DNA of 64,000 nt from the NCBI RefSeq assembly GCF_006345805.1, contig NC_043000.1:112840001-112904000 (forward strand), given 5' to 3'. The DNA is from Octopus sinensis (Eukaryota). The notes under the pieces were generated by a model. That model was not told the origin of the DNA. It saw only the letters and a list, made by a program, of their open reading frames with translations, and did no database searches. How positions within the stretch are numbered: the first letter of the stretch is position 1; each line of letters opens with the position of its first letter. A program made the position numbers and the translations under genes. Below are positions 1 to 14,210 of this stretch, piece by piece.

Positions 1-106
1 CGGTCGGCCCGAGGCTGTAGTAGAAGACACCTGCCCGAGGTTCCACGCAGTGGGACTGAACTAGTAACCATGTGGTTGGTAAGCAAGCTACTTACCACAT
101 AGCCAC
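1..106 (-). mobile_element. SINE family A (tRNA head + CORE-like domain), 5' part, cut by window edge
   Basis: Reverse complement reads AGTGGCTATGTGGTAAGTAGCTTGCTTACCAACCACATGG...GTTCAGTCCCACTGCGTGGAACCTCGGGCAGGTGTCTTCTACTACAGCCTCGGGCCGACC; same family at 4565, 31195, 39137, 49610, 52453, 56054. Confidence 0.85.
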
Positions 107-699
107 TTTATATAAAGAGAGTGAGACAAATGTACAATTCACATTATTCTTTATTCAAAACACTACAATTGTTTCGACACATTTGTACATCTTTAGCGCA
201 ATTATTAGTTTACATCGATTGCACCTCCTCAGGTGGTCGTCAAAATAGCTTCTTCGGCAGATCCTCTCGCCATTTCACTCGATTTGATAACGAATACCTG
301 GACATATTTACATACAAATATACCTGTGTGTGTGTATGTGTGTGTGCATATGTGTGTGTGTGTGTGTGTGTATCAATATTTACAGCTAGGTTAACTGAGT
401 TTAGTAGATATCTGTCCCCATTAGAGCATCTATGTATTGTTAGAAACTCAGAGTATTATAGATATGTATTACCGTGCACAATACATATTTTACAGGCAGG
501 GAAATGATTTGTGCTGCAGACCACCCCTTCTCGGGTTACATATTTGCAGCTGGCATAATAAATATTTAATGTGTGTTAAGTGGTAAAATGTAATATTTCA
601 AGAGAAACTGTTCATAGCCAGAAATCCATTAGGAAAGTCAGGTTGTTGCCTGCAGGCGTTTAATTATTGTAATGTGAGAGAATTGATGCGTCGTGGAGA

Positions 700-911
700 T
701 GTGATCAACGAATAAAAGTTGACAGCCAAATATGGACGGAATCACTGCTACAACATCAACAATAAAAACGACGACATCGACAAGAGTAAAGCTATGAACA
801 ATAACAATTACAAGAACATCGAAGATTTCAACTTCTACAACAATTACAACGAAAACTGGATAAGAAGCGGGGAAACGAAAGAAACACCGCGTTACAGCAG
901 GAAGCACACTG

Positions 912-942
<31 letters not shown>

Positions 943-1270
943 CGGTGGAAGCAACAACACTAATAGTTATTACAGATACAACACCAGCAACAAGAACAAC
1001 AACTATAGCGGTGTCAGCAACGTTAATAACAACAACATTAACACCAAGAATAACAACAACAACATCAACAACAAAAAAAAACAAAAGTACGTTAAGTCAT
1101 AACTGATATGTGAACAACATCAACTCTGACAACTTCTGCTATAATAATAACAACAATAATGATGACAATAACTATTGCTGCAACATCAACAATAACAAGA
1201 ACAACTTATAAAATAACATCATCTACAATTATGGAATTCATTATTGCTATAATTCCAACAATATCATCAG
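700..1270. repeat. AAC/AAT-rich cryptic simple sequence, partly duplicated at 3873-4400
   Basis: Runs of AAC/AAT; shared strings GATTTCAACTTCTACAACAATTACAA and AGTTATTACAG.TACAACAC.AGCAACAAGAACAAC at both loci. Confidence 0.7.
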
Positions 1271-1278
1271 TGTTCAAT

Positions 1279-1340
1279 TGGTACTTAATTTATCGACCCC
1301 GAAAGGGTGGAAAGCAAAGTTAATCTTGGCGAAATTTCAA
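1279..1340 (-). mobile_element. SINE family B core fragment
   Basis: GGTACTTAATTTATCGACCCCGAAAGG.TG.AA.GCAAAGT matches the family B core. Confidence 0.75.
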
Positions 1341-1384
1341 TAATAATAATATCATTAATAATAATAATTATTATTATAATAATG

Positions 1385-1445
<61 letters not shown>

Positions 1446-1452
1446 TAATAAT

Positions 1453-2010
1453 AAATGCCCTGATGCAGTACCAGGCAGTGGCTCTCATGGCTTCTGATCT
1501 TAACTGATTGGAAGTGTTATCACGTACATTGTTTTGTCTTGGTATAAAAGATGGGCTACAGCAAATATTCTGCTCAATACCACAGATTTGCTTGTCAGTT
1601 GTTTGACCTTAACCAGTTGAGCATGTCCCTTAGTGGCTGACGATATGTGCATCTCTGATCACGAGCAGAAGTAGTGGGGGAGCATCATAGCCATGTGCTG
1701 AGAGGGATTCTTTGGGGTTTGAATAGTTCACCTCTGGAAACATGGCTGGTTCTTTCAACATCCTTAAACAACCCTTATTCAGGGACCGTTTGAGCGTGAT
1801 GGGCTACTCAACCTGAAGAAAATTCTAACTGGGCCCCACCTGCAAGGTCATGTGCTGTTTAACTTGATATGAGATCACCATGTCGCGCACATATGGTTGT
1901 GATGCATGTGCCTGGTGTACCTTTATCAGACGGGTAGTCATGATGGGTATATTGGGCTTCGTATATTTTACCCCAGCGTCACTTTGATGGCATGAACTGC
2001 TCTCTCACTC
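1453..2010. mobile_element. ~560-bp interspersed repeat embedded in (AAT)n, copy 1
   Basis: Begins AAATGCCCTGATGCAGTACCAGGCAGTGGC, ends CTGCTCTCTCACTC; (AAT)n on both sides; homologous to 2338-2892 and 12011-12414. Confidence 0.85.
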
Positions 2011-2337
<327 letters not shown>

Positions 2338-2892
2338 AAATGCTCTGATGCAGTACCAGGCAGTGGCGCTCGTGGCTTCTGATCGGAACTGATTGGAAGT
2401 GATATCACGTACATTGTTTTGTCGTATTATAAAAAAACATGGGCGACAGTAAATATTCTGCTCAATACTACAGATTTGCTTGTCAGTTTTTTGACTTTAA
2501 CCAGTTGAGCATGTCCCTTAGTGGCTGACGATATGTGTATATCTGAGCACGAGCAGAAGTAGTTGGGGAGCATAATAGGAATGTGCTTTGAGGAAGTGTT
2601 TGGGGTTTGAATAATTCACCTAGAATCATGGGTGGTTCGTTCAACATCCTTAAACAATTCTTATTCAAGGACCTTTTGAGTGGGAAGGGCTACTCGACCA
2701 GAAGAAAATTCTAACGGCCCCACCCGCAAGGTCATGCGCTGTTTAACTTGATATGAGATCACCATGTCGCGCACATATGGTTGTGATGCATGTGCCTGGT
2801 TTAACCTTATCAGACGGGTAGTCATGATGGGTATACTGGGCTTCGTATATTTTACCCGTGTCATTTTGATGGTATGCACTGCTCTGTCACTC
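2338..2892. mobile_element. ~560-bp (AAT)n-embedded repeat, copy 2 (same orientation as copy 1)
   Basis: Collinear with 1453-2010 over the full length with scattered substitutions. Confidence 0.85.
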
Positions 2893-2901
2893 AATAATAA
2901 C

Positions 2902-2959
<58 letters not shown>

Positions 2960-3190
2960 TATTTCTTTATTGCCCACAAAGGGCTAAACATAGAGGGGAC
3001 AAACAAGAACAGACAAACGGATTAAGTCGATTACACAGGCCCCAGTGCGAACCTGGTACTTCATTTAACGACCCCGAAAGGATGAAAGGCAAAGTCGACC
3101 TCGGCGGAATTTGAACTCAGAATGTAACGACAGACGAAATACCGCTAAGCATTTCGCCCGGCGCGCTAACGTGTCAGCCAGCTCGCCGCC
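2960..3190 (-). mobile_element. SINE family B (tRNA head + Meta/MESC-like core), full length
   Basis: Reverse complement GGCGGCGAGCTGGC...TGAGTTCAAATTCCGCCGAGGTCGACTTTGCCTTTCATCCTTTCGGGGTCG...AAAGAAAT; B-box GTTCAAATTCC; core resembles the published MetaSINE/MESC domain. Confidence 0.9.
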
Positions 3191-3195
3191 TAATG

Positions 3196-3262
<67 letters not shown>

Positions 3263-3275
3263 TGTAATGATGATG

Positions 3276-3388
<113 letters not shown>

Positions 3389-3451
3389 GATAATAACTTT
3401 AATAATAATCCTTTCTGCTGTAGGCGATAATTTGGCGAAGTTCATCTACGT

Positions 3452-3873
3452 GAAAAGTATGGCCTGAACAGAACACGGAAATGGTACGAACATGAACCGG
3501 AAGATGCTACCGATACAAGGAACATAAGATGCTCTGGGATTTTACAATCTAATGGGACTTCCAATTCGAGGCTCGGAGACCAGATATTGTTATGGTAGAT
3601 AAAGGAAAAAGGACACCAAGATCATAAATACTGCAATACCTAGGAATGCACGCGTAAGTGACAAAGAACTAGAAAAGATTGGAAAGTACAGACTACTAAG
3701 GGACAAAGTCGCAAGAAGGTGGACTCTGAGGAGAATGTCTCTCATTCCAGTTGCTGTAGGGGCACACGGAGCACTAATAACCAAGTTCAAGAAATGTCAA
3801 AGAAATTGGAATTGGCATGAGAGCAGAGCAATTCCCACAAAAGAGTTCTACTGGGAACAGGTAGGATTTTGAG
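3452..3873 (+). pseudogene. R4/Dong-type non-LTR retrotransposon remnant, C-terminal restriction-like endonuclease domain
   Basis: Frameshifted translation gives KYGL..KWYEHEPE...MLWDF...EARRPDIVMVDK...AIP...RVSDKELEKIGKY...IPVAVGAHG...LLGTGRILR, the RxPD-D-K signature of RLE LINEs; follows a long (AAT)n run. Confidence 0.8.
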
Positions 3874-4564
3874 ATTTCAACTTCTACAACAATTACAATG
3901 AAAGAAGGAACCGTTCAAGAATTTGGACCTGGAGATCTCCATTTCCAGCGACTTTCGAGGGCCACGTCCCAGTGGTGTCGGGCGTCAACGAAGAGCCCTC
4001 GACTACAACAAGACGACCAAAGTTTTTTTTTCCAAGGTCTGGGGTCTCCCGCCCCTAAGCCCTAGACCATCACCTAATCACGCTTACCCGTCTTGTTGCT
4101 TAACAACAACAACAACAACGGTAGCAGCAACAACTCTAACAGTTATTACAGCTACAACACTAGCAACAAGAACAACTATTATCAAGCAAGTACGTTACAT
4201 AATTATAACCGCTACAGTTAGTGATGCAAATGTAGCCCAAATTATATAATAGGTGAATATGAGTTGTGAATGTCATAACTAGAATGTCGTCAGTCATAAA
4301 TGAAGGATGACTTCGGGTTAAACAAGAACAACACCTGCAACAACAAGAACAATTTTAAGAACAAGAATTAAATCAAATGTAAACTGAGTAATCACAACCG
4401 TTTATTTATGCAAACATCTGCTTGTCTTTGAAACACCGTTGTTCTTTGAAAATATGGACTCCTGTGTCAAATAAATTAAACTTCTGCAGCGTGATCTTTT
4501 TCAACCAACACCTACACATTATGTGATAGTTGTTGTCAACTACAGCAATCCAGTAATATTTATA

Positions 4565-4712
4565 ACAGGCGCAGGCGTGACTGTGTGGTAAGAAGTTTGC
4601 TGTTCAAACATATGGTTCCAGGTTCGGTTCCATTGCGTGGCTTCAACTGTAGTCTCAGGCTGTCCAAAGCCGTGTGAGTGAATTTGGTTGGCGGAAACTG
4701 AGAGAATAACAT

Positions 4713-4804
<92 letters not shown>

Positions 4805-4960
4805 TATTACGTCCTATAATTTAGAAGTTTGGCAGAAGTAACCGATAGAATAAGTTCCTGGTTTTAAAAAATGTAGTGTGGTAGAGCCCTTCGGCTATAG
4901 TTCTTCAAGGCGTTTCCCCAGTATGGCTGTAGTCTAATAGAAGAAACAACTAGAAAATAA
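4565..4960 (+). mobile_element. SINE family A, diverged, with internal (TA)(TG)n
   Basis: AGGCGCAGGCGTGACTGTGTGGTAAGAAG head; tail CCCCAGTATGGCTGTAGTC...GAAACAACTAGAAAATAAA. Confidence 0.8.
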
Positions 4961-5102
4961 AACACTATTGTTTTGCTGTTTATACAATTTAATAAATATA
5001 TTCATTATCGAATTATATTAACGATATCTCCCACAAGAAACACCTTTGTAACTTATGATTTTTAAGAATGTAATTGTTTCATTATTGAATTCAGTTAAAA
5101 GA

Positions 5103-5510
5103 CAGCGGGCTGGCAGGAACGTTAGCACGCCGGGCGAAATGCTTAGCCGTATTTCGTCTGCCGCTACGTTCTGAGTTCAAATTTCGCCGTGGTCGATTTT
5201 GCTTTTCTTTCTTTCGGTGTCGATTAAATAAGTACCAGTTACGCACTGTAGTCGATGTAATCGGGTTAATCCGTTTGTCTGTCCTTGTTTGTCCTCTCTG
5301 TGTTGAACCACCTGTGGACAGTAAAGAAATAGGTACTTTGTCTGTTGTTACGTTCTGAGTTCAAATTCCGCCGAGGTCGACTTTGCCTTTCATCCTTTCG
5401 GGGTCGATAAATTAAGTACCAGTTACGCACTGGAGTCGATGTAATCGAGTTAATCCGTTTGTCTGTCCTTGTTTGTCCTCTCTGTGTTTAGCCCCTTGTG
5501 GGTAGTAAAG
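5103..5510 (+). mobile_element. SINE family B head-to-tail dimer
   Basis: Full unit 5103-5335 joined at AAATAGGTA to a second unit re-entering at TTTGTCTGTTGTTACGTTCTGAG. Confidence 0.9.
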
Positions 5511-5819
5511 ATTTCAAACCTCAACAAATGTACACGTGACTACAGGCAGGAAAACTGTGAAAAATTTCACGATAACAAAGGAATCAACACAAAACTAGGG
5601 GTCAAGAAGCCTGTCGGTCAAAAATCCTTTAGATAATTCAACTTGTACATATGAAACATCGCAAAGGTCAAAATACATCAGCTTTTGAAAAGGAGACTCT
5701 GGAAACATCGGGTACGAATCTTGTCAATTTATTGTTTTAAACTAGTTGCAAAATGTTAGCAAGAAAATGCGGAAATTCTAAAAGAAGATAGAAATCGATT
5801 CAGTCGTGTATTTAATGGT

Positions 5820-6025
5820 TTCAAATTTTGTCCCAAGGACAGCAATTTCGGAACAGTGGGTACGTCAATTACATCGACCGCAGTGTTGAACTGGTTCTTA
5901 ATTTATTGACCCCGAAAGGACAAAAGGTAAAGTCGACCTCGGCGGAATTTGAACTGAGGACGTAAAGTCGGAAGAAATGCCGCTAAGCATTTTCTCGGAG
6001 CAGTAATTATTCTGCCTCCTCGCTA
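5820..6025 (-). mobile_element. SINE family B, alternative-tail subfamily
   Basis: Core ATTTATTGACCCCGAAAGGACAAAAGGTAAAGTCGACCTCGGCGGAATTTGAAC; tail TCAAATTTTGTCCCAAGGACAGCAATTT. Confidence 0.75.
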
Positions 6026-6635
6026 CCTTCAGAAAGTTATAAAACAAAAGCTCAGCCCTATATTCTTGCTGAAAATGCTGCGTTAAGTTTAATATTGTGA
6101 ATTTTAGGATGGTATTTTTCCACAATAAAAGCAAGATGGTTGCAAGTACAGTACCGGTGCCACAAGTATTCAATCACGACTGACTGTGTTTTATGTGCAA
6201 TGCAAAAAAACTCGAGGGGACGAATATATACGAGAAGAAAAACAAACAATCAAAATGATACGATTAATTTTGGGCTGAATAAATAATGTCGAAATACACG
6301 CGGAAACATAAATAAGTATCCGATCTGATTAGATTGATGGCCTGCATGCTGAGTGGATGAGGCATCGCAGTATATTGAGACAAGAAGTGGTAGATCTCTA
6401 ACTTGTCAGGTTGATGGCACTCCCAAGAGCTCAGAGTGTGTTTTCTATGTGTCTCTCTCAACAGAACCAGTGTCGACGTAGCGGTAAGTAAATATAAGAC
6501 AACGTCAGGGTATCAATCACTGATGACGTACGATTAGTGATTAGGTGACTCGGGTTCCTATTTCAACCAATGAGGCAAAAGTTAATGTCGTTACTGTTGC
6601 TTGCTTCTCTTGCTGCGGCCAATGATGGTGTTAAC

Positions 6636-6645
6636 GATGATGATG

Positions 6646-6717
<72 letters not shown>

Positions 6718-6860
6718 GTGATGATGATTATGACGATGACGACGACGAACATGATGAATGATGATGATGATAATAACGATGATGATGATGATGATGATGA
6801 TGATAATGGTGGTGATGATGATGACGACGACGACGAACATGATGAATGATTGATGATGAT
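6636..6860. repeat. (GAT)n compound microsatellite with duplicated GACGACGACGAACATGATGAATGA motif
   Basis: Motif occurs at ~6735-6760 and ~6825-6849. Confidence 0.9.
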
Positions 6861-7062
6861 GATTAAAGAAATAGGGTTAAAAACAAACAAACAAACAATT
6901 AAATAAAGGGGAATTATTGAGTGAACACCAAATGATTGATTGAAAAGCGAAATTCTATTGGTTAAAAGTTTGCTAATGTAACTCCACCTCCACCTCCACC
7001 TCCACCAGCACCAACACCACCAGCACCAGCACCAGCAGCACCACCCCATTTCTTTAATCATA

Positions 7063-7096
<34 letters not shown>

Positions 7097-7481
7097 GCCT
7101 GCTGCTGCTACTACTACTACTACTCATACTACTACTATTTCTACTACTACTACTACTACTACTACAACAACTACTACAACTAACAACAACAACAACAACA
7201 ATAGGCATCATCATCATCATCGTTATGTTTTCATATATTTGCCACAAATGCCCACGCAGTCATACAACGTCTTCCTATCTGCAAAAAAGGGTTTCGTGAC
7301 GCGTAAAGATGTATACATACGCATACACACGCGCGTACATGTATACATATATCTACACACACACGGACACATGCACACGCACACACACAAACACCCGCAC
7401 ACCCCCACACACACACATATATGTTTATACGAATATCTATGTAGACATACACTCAGACACATATTTATACACACAAATATA

Positions 7482-7549
<68 letters not shown>

Positions 7550-7697
7550 TCTTTTCAGTATGTGACCTCGTGAAGACTACCTGTAATTTTTTTTCCTCTG
7601 TCCTCCCGTCTCGGGATCTTTCTTTCTCCTATATATGTATGTATGCACACATATCTATATATGAATGTATATATGTATATATATATATATTATATAT

Positions 7698-7752
<55 letters not shown>

Positions 7753-7880
7753 CAGAGACATAGAGATAGAGAGAGAGAGAAAGAGATACAAATATCTATT
7801 TATCTGTCTGCTGTCTCTCTCTCTCTCTCGCTCTACATTTATATATATATATATATATATAATATATATATATATATATC

Positions 7881-7911
<31 letters not shown>

Positions 7912-8549
7912 TATATGTGTGTGTTTGTATATGTATACGTATGTATATACATATATGAAGTAGGTTTCAGATAAAACATTTACTAAAATATATTAAAATT
8001 TGAAATAAAAATTAACACGTTGTGAAAATACTCAACTGAATTATCACTAATACACACTCACTCCCCCCCCCCCACACACTCTCATAAACTCTACGCATTC
8101 ACATACACGCATACATATGCATACTTGAAGATATTTTTGTATACACTTCTGAGACTACAAAGGAACGAGAAATGCATCTGAACATAAACAGTAAATCTCG
8201 TGAGAATTGGAAGAAACACATATTGAGAATGTCATCTCGTTGACACGTTCTTTCCATTCTTTAATTGATTGTCTCATAAATTTTCGTGAAGGCCGTTTTT
8301 ATATCTTCAACGAGAATCGCGCGCAGTCTCGCGGGAATCACACCTGTAAAATTTTAGCTCAAGCGTCTGCAGATGATGCATTGAGCTGTGGATTATAACA
8401 GGAACGTGTATTGATAATAGTCTTTGACGCAATTGCGATTATCAATAACACAAACGGGCGAATGAGGGAGCCTCTGTGTGAATATTCGGCCTGCTGGAAA
8501 TAGCAGCGAAAGGTTCCTTTTCTTAACCTATCAACTTTGAAGAAAATAT

Positions 8550-8748
8550 TGGTTTGAAATTTTGCCACAAAGCCAGAAATTTCGAGAAAGGGGTAAATCG
8601 ATTACATTGGTACCAGTTTTCCACTTGTACTTATTTTATAAACCCCAAGAGATGACAGGCAAAATCAACCACGGCGGAATTTGAACTCAGAACGTAAAAA
8701 CGGACAAAATGACGCCAACCATTTTTCCGGCGTGGTAACGTTTCTGTT
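8550..8748 (-). mobile_element. SINE family B, alternative-tail subfamily, diverged
   Basis: GGCGGAATTTGAACTCAGAACGTAAA and tail GGTTTGAAATTTTGCCACAAAGCCAG. Confidence 0.7.
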
Positions 8749-8984
8749 TGCTTTTCGTGTTACTTTGACAGAAAATTTTTGAACACAAGACTGTATGTGT
8801 TTGAAGGAGAAACGCAACAATATTACGGTATGGCCATGGTTGGAATGCTTTTACACATAGGTCTCCTTGGTCATTATTGAAATGGGGCTGAGGAACAACC
8901 ATAGCAAAAGTGATGACGAAGAGAGCAACAATAATAGCAGCAACTCTCAGAAATTGATGGAGCTCCATTGTGTCAGAAATAGAG

Positions 8985-9200
8985 GCCAAATCTCCACGAA
9001 ATGACGTTGCTCCGGTTCAGTCAGCTGGCAAAAATGAGTAGTGCCTGTATTTCAAAGGACCAGCCTTGTCACACTCAGTGTCACGCTGAATCTTCATGAG
9101 AACTACATTAAGGCTTCACGTGTCTGTGAAGGGCTCAGCCACTTGCACGTTAATTTCACGAACATGCTGTTCCGTTGATCGTATCAGCTGGGACCCTCCT
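8985..9200 (+). mobile_element. SINE family D body, headless
   Basis: Shares CCTTGTCA.ACTC.GTG, GTGTCTGTG.AG.GCTCAGCCACTTGCACGT.AATTTCACG with 57307-57545. Confidence 0.7.
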
Positions 9201-9264
9201 CATCATAACCGTCCTCCTCCTCCTCCTACTACTAATCCTTCTACTACTACTACTACTACTACTA

Positions 9265-9330
<66 letters not shown>

Positions 9331-9884
9331 AACTACTACTACCTTGAGTGGAATATATTTTGATTTCTCTGTTTCTTTTTTTAAACCTAAGCGTTTCATA
9401 AGCCTATTAAGGAACCTTCGGGACAGTCATAGTTCATTAGAAGCACTTCTGTTTTCATTTTCATTTCTGGGAACAATGAGTGAATGCTCGTGCCACAAGC
9501 ATTTCGTTTTCTTTTTCAGTGATAATACTGAGCGATCATTTGTAAGCATTAAAGTTAACGAGTCTGCTCATATTTGTTAGATATCTTCTTGATGAAGCTG
9601 GTCTTTGAAATTCTTCAGTCCATTTCTGTCCAACCATTTCTGCATTCTCTGTTTCCCAGTACTGCTTGATGTTCCACTTTCGTTCCTCGTTGGTCAAATT
9701 ACCCGCCATATAATCAATATCTGAAATTAAGACTAATTCTTTTACTATAGAAATAATTAGTTAAAAAGAACATGGGATCATAGAATTCTTATTCTAAAAA
9801 AGAAACAGAGAAATGAAAAGAACATTCCACTCATACAAAGCAATGTATACCTACTTTTGTGTAAATTCATACAAAGATATGACA

Positions 9885-10003
9885 TTATATATATATATAT
9901 CTTTAAGATAGTTATATATAAGATATATATATATATATAAGATAGTTATATATATGATAGTGTATATATATATGTGTGTGTTTGTGTGTGTTAGTTATAT
10001 ATA

Positions 10004-10040
<37 letters not shown>

Positions 10041-10321
10041 ATATATATAAGATAATGTATATATAAGATATATATAAGATAAAGTATATGTATAAAATAT
10101 ATATAAGATAGTGTATATATAAGATTTATAACATAGTTATATATAAGATATATATAAGATAGTGTATATATATATATAAGATATGTATATGATAGTGTAT
10201 ACATATAAGATATATATGAGATAGTGAATGTATATAAGATAATGTATATATATATATATATCTAAGATGTATATATGATAGTGTATGTATATAAAATATA
10301 TATAAGATAGTATATAAATAT

Positions 10322-10378
<57 letters not shown>

Positions 10379-10440
10379 ATATATATATAAGATATATATA
10401 AGATAGTGTAAATAAGATATGATGTAAGATATAGAATATA
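9885..10440. repeat. (TA)n-derived minisatellite with recurring ATAAGATAGTGTAT unit
   Basis: TAAGATA/GATAGTGTA motifs recur throughout a TA array. Confidence 0.85.
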
Positions 10441-11470
10441 CAAAGATGCGAGATAGTTTCTAACGCTCTCTTCTAGAAGAGAGGCAAAACACTGTTAAGA
10501 AGCCCCTGTATTCTATGATATATTCATATATCTAAGAGCCTGCTAAGTTTCAAAAGTTATATCAAATTTTTCAATGTGAGAAGCCCGATTATTTATTGTG
10601 ATTATTTAGGTATAACCGCTGGCTTAGCATGTCACATATTTAATAATGGAAACTTTACATAAATTCTTCCGATGCAAATACATACGTAGAAAACGATGTA
10701 TGTGTGTGCACCCTTGCATATACTTACACACACACACACACGAATAAATCTATCTTTTATGCATACATAAATACATATCTGTATATTTACTGGACGCATT
10801 TCTTTAATATAACAGAAATACACACAAATGCATACGTATACATATATGCATATACAAATACATGCATTCACACACACGTACGCACATATGCGTACACACA
10901 TAAATGTGAATATACTATATGAATATATACTGCGTTATGTGTCTGTATTTTCGTCAATTCAAGATGACAAAAAAGAACAAAATACGAATATTCTGAAATT
11001 CTTTCCCGCATCGCCATTCATCATGTCTCTGGATGCTAACTTCGTTAAAGGAACTTTCATATAAAGAAAAGGTTAAAAATTCCATAGAAAGATGAATTAA
11101 TAATTTTTTTCGAGCAACTCTAGAAAGATTTGATCACAAAATTCGATCAACTCCTAGTAACAAACTCAAAGAGAAAAAGAAAATGGGAATTTTTTTCTTC
11201 TTTCTTTCTTTCAGATTTCTATTTTTCGGCGAATACATTCGTAAAATGGTCCTGAAGCATTGTAATAAAGGTTAGGTATCACCACACAAGATCATCAACA
11301 TCGTCTTCTTCAACACCATAATCAATATCGACTACAAGCATCTTAGAAAGGAAGAAATTAGATTTTTAATATTTCATTTTGTTGACGATTTTTCCAAATC
11401 AGCCAGAGAACAACGAGGTGAAAACTTTAAATTTATAAGAGGTGTTATCGAAATATGAAGGTGTTCGGCG

Positions 11471-11544
<74 letters not shown>

Positions 11545-11779
11545 TATATATGCGTGTGTGCGTGTTTTCTTTGTTGTTTTTTTTAATCGACAAAGCTATT
11601 CTCATGTGGAATTAAGAGCTCTCACCTACTTTCACTGTTTTTTCGTAATAATATATTTTATTGTTCTCGTCAAAGGTGACCTGTTCTTAAGGCATTCCTT
11701 ATAATTTTAGGTAATAAGTTGCAAACCCGCTTTGGAAAATTTGTTTTCCTTCCCCATCGGTAAAGGTGAGAGAAGAATC

Positions 11780-11995
11780 AACCGAGTGGCCAAGTGAAGA
11801 GGCCGTGGATTGTCAGCATCGCTAGAAGATTGTACAACATAATTCGCTGATAGTTCAAATCTGTCGAGGAAATCTGTGATCTTTTTTTGTGACGATGGGG
11901 GAGTCCGTCAATACCAGTTGTGCACTGGGCTCGATGTTATCGACTAACCCCTCTCCCTTAAATCTCTGGTCTTGTGCCAATCTGAGCAATCATAA
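11780..11995 (+). mobile_element. Old SINE family B-like copy
   Basis: AGTTCAAATCTGTCGAGG...CAATACCAGTTGTGCACTGGGCTCGATGTTATCGACTAACCCCTCTCCC...GGTCTTGTGCCAA. Confidence 0.6.
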
Positions 11996-12010
11996 TAATA
12001 ATAATAATTT

Positions 12011-12414
12011 TGGGTGGGAGAGCAGTACACGTCCTCAAAGTGAGACTGGGGTACATATATACAAATCCCAATATACTCATCATGACCACCCGTCTGTTAA
12101 GGGTACATCAGGCACAAGTATCGCAACCATGTGTGCGCGACCTTGTGGCCTGATATCGAGATAAATAGTGTATGACCTTGTGAGAATTTTCTTCAGGCCG
12201 AGTAACCCATCCCGCTTAAAATGGCTCTGAATAAGGGTTTTTTAAGGATTATGAACGAAACACCCATGTGTCTAGGGGTGAATTATTCAAATTTCAAATA
12301 AGGTTAGGATACTCCCCCACTACTCCTGCTCGTCATCAGGGATGCAAAAATCATCAGCCATTAAGGAACATGTTCAATTCGTTAAGGTCAAGTATCTGAC
12401 GAGAAAATCTGTGG
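12011..12414. mobile_element. ~560-bp (AAT)n-embedded repeat, copy 3 (opposite orientation, truncated, more diverged)
   Basis: Matches the reverse complement of 1590-2010; abuts AATAATAAT at 11992-12008. Confidence 0.8.
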
Positions 12415-12789
12415 GATGGAGTGATGTTTTGCAAACAACTTGCACACGCAAGTGCTATCAGTCGAGAACTCCGCATACCGGAAGCCAGCAAATGTATGGG
12501 GTCATTAGGAGAGAATGCGCTCCGTTTCGGGGCTTACTTCTCGACAGCATCAATGTGCACCGGCCTCACTCACTGATATGAGATCCCGCTTGCTAAATCA
12601 ACTGGTTATTTCATTCCGATCAATGTTCTTCGTTTCTACTTATTCATTCTTCATTTTTTGTTTGTTCCTTTTTCCTTATGCTCCTTCGATTGTTGTCCAA
12701 TAATCTTTCTTTCGTTCACACCTTTATTCTCGCGAACGTGTTCATATTTCATTGTATTATATCTTATTCGTTCCTTTCCTTCCTACATT

Positions 12790-13170
12790 CTCTCTATTTC
12801 TCTCTCTCTCTCTCACACACATATACACACACTTTTCTCTCTCTCCCTCACACACACACACACTCTCTCTCTCACACACATATACACACACTCTCTCGCT
12901 CTCTCTCTTTCACACACACACACACACACACACTTTCTCTCTCACACACACAAACACTCACACACTTTCTCTCTCTCTCAACCACACATACACACACTCT
13001 CTCTCACACACAAACGTACATACACAATCTCTCTCTCTCACACACACTCTCTCTTTCTCACACACTCATACACACAAACTCTCTCTCACACACAAACACA
13101 CACACACACTCTCTCACACTCATACACACTCTCTCTCACACACACATACACACTCCCCCTCCCCCTCCCC
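12790..13170. repeat. (CT)n/(CA)n mosaic microsatellite
   Basis: Direct reading. Confidence 0.9.
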
Positions 13171-13479
13171 CTCCTACTCCTCCGCCTCCTCCTCTCCTTC
13201 TATCTTCCTCCTCGTCTTCCCTCTCCCACTCTGTCTACGAGGCTGAATTCTCTTGAAATATTGAAAATACTCGAAATGTTTAAAACAGTGTTTCTATGTG
13301 TGTGTGTGTGTGTGTGTGGTGTGGTGTGTGTGTGTGTGTATGTGTGTGTATATATGTGTGTGTATGTGTGCATGCGTCATCGTTGAAACAGTGAACATCA
13401 TCGTCATCAGTGGCACCGTCGTTGTCCTTGATGTAATCATCATTACTAACACCATCATCAACATCGTCATCATTAATTA

Positions 13480-13636
13480 TAATTCTTATTGTGGTTTCTA
13501 CTTCTTCATCTTTCTTCTTCTTCTTCACCTTTCTTCTGCTTCTTCTTTTCTTTTCTTACTTCATCTTCTATTTTCCTTCATCTGTCTTCCTAACATCTCT
13601 TCTTCTTCTTCCTCCTCCACATCCTCCTCTTCTTCT

Positions 13637-13668
<32 letters not shown>

Positions 13669-13928
13669 TTCTTCTTCTTCCTCCTCTTCTTCTTCTTCTT
13701 CTTCTTCTTCTTCTTCTTCCTCCTCCTCCTCCTCTTCTTCTTCCTCTTCTTCTTCTTCTTCTCCTCATCATCATCATCATCATTTTTATATCAGAAATCA
13801 TTAAAACAATGATACAATTCGTCCTTACCAATATACTCATCACAGTTGTTGTGGTTGACATTCTTCTACTTATTATAAATAGTAGTAGTAGCGGTAGTAG
13901 CAGTAGTAGTAGTAATGGTAGTAGTAGT

Positions 13929-13966
<38 letters not shown>

Positions 13967-14210
13967 CGTACTACTACTACTACTGCTACTACCACCACCA
14001 CCACCACCACCACCACCACCACCACCACCACCACTACTACTACTACATGGCCTTGCTTTTTGCTTTTTGAGCCAAAAAATTAACTAACTTAACTATCTAC
14101 TACTACTACTACTACTACTACACTACTACTACTACTACTACTACCACCACTACTGCTGCTGCTGCTGTGGCTACTACTACTACTACTACTACTACTACTT
14201 TTATTAATAA
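13480..14210. repeat. Compound trinucleotide field (CTT, CAT, TAG, CCA, CTA)
   Basis: Direct reading. Confidence 0.9.

Noticed and set aside
1636-1830. CTGACGA and CTGAAGA boxes in the ~560-bp element
   Set aside because: No stem II-GAAA or stem I/III geometry follows either box
10466-10483. 18-bp perfect palindrome CTCTCTTCTAGAAGAGAG
   Set aside because: Low-complexity CT/GA arms; isolated, no supporting context
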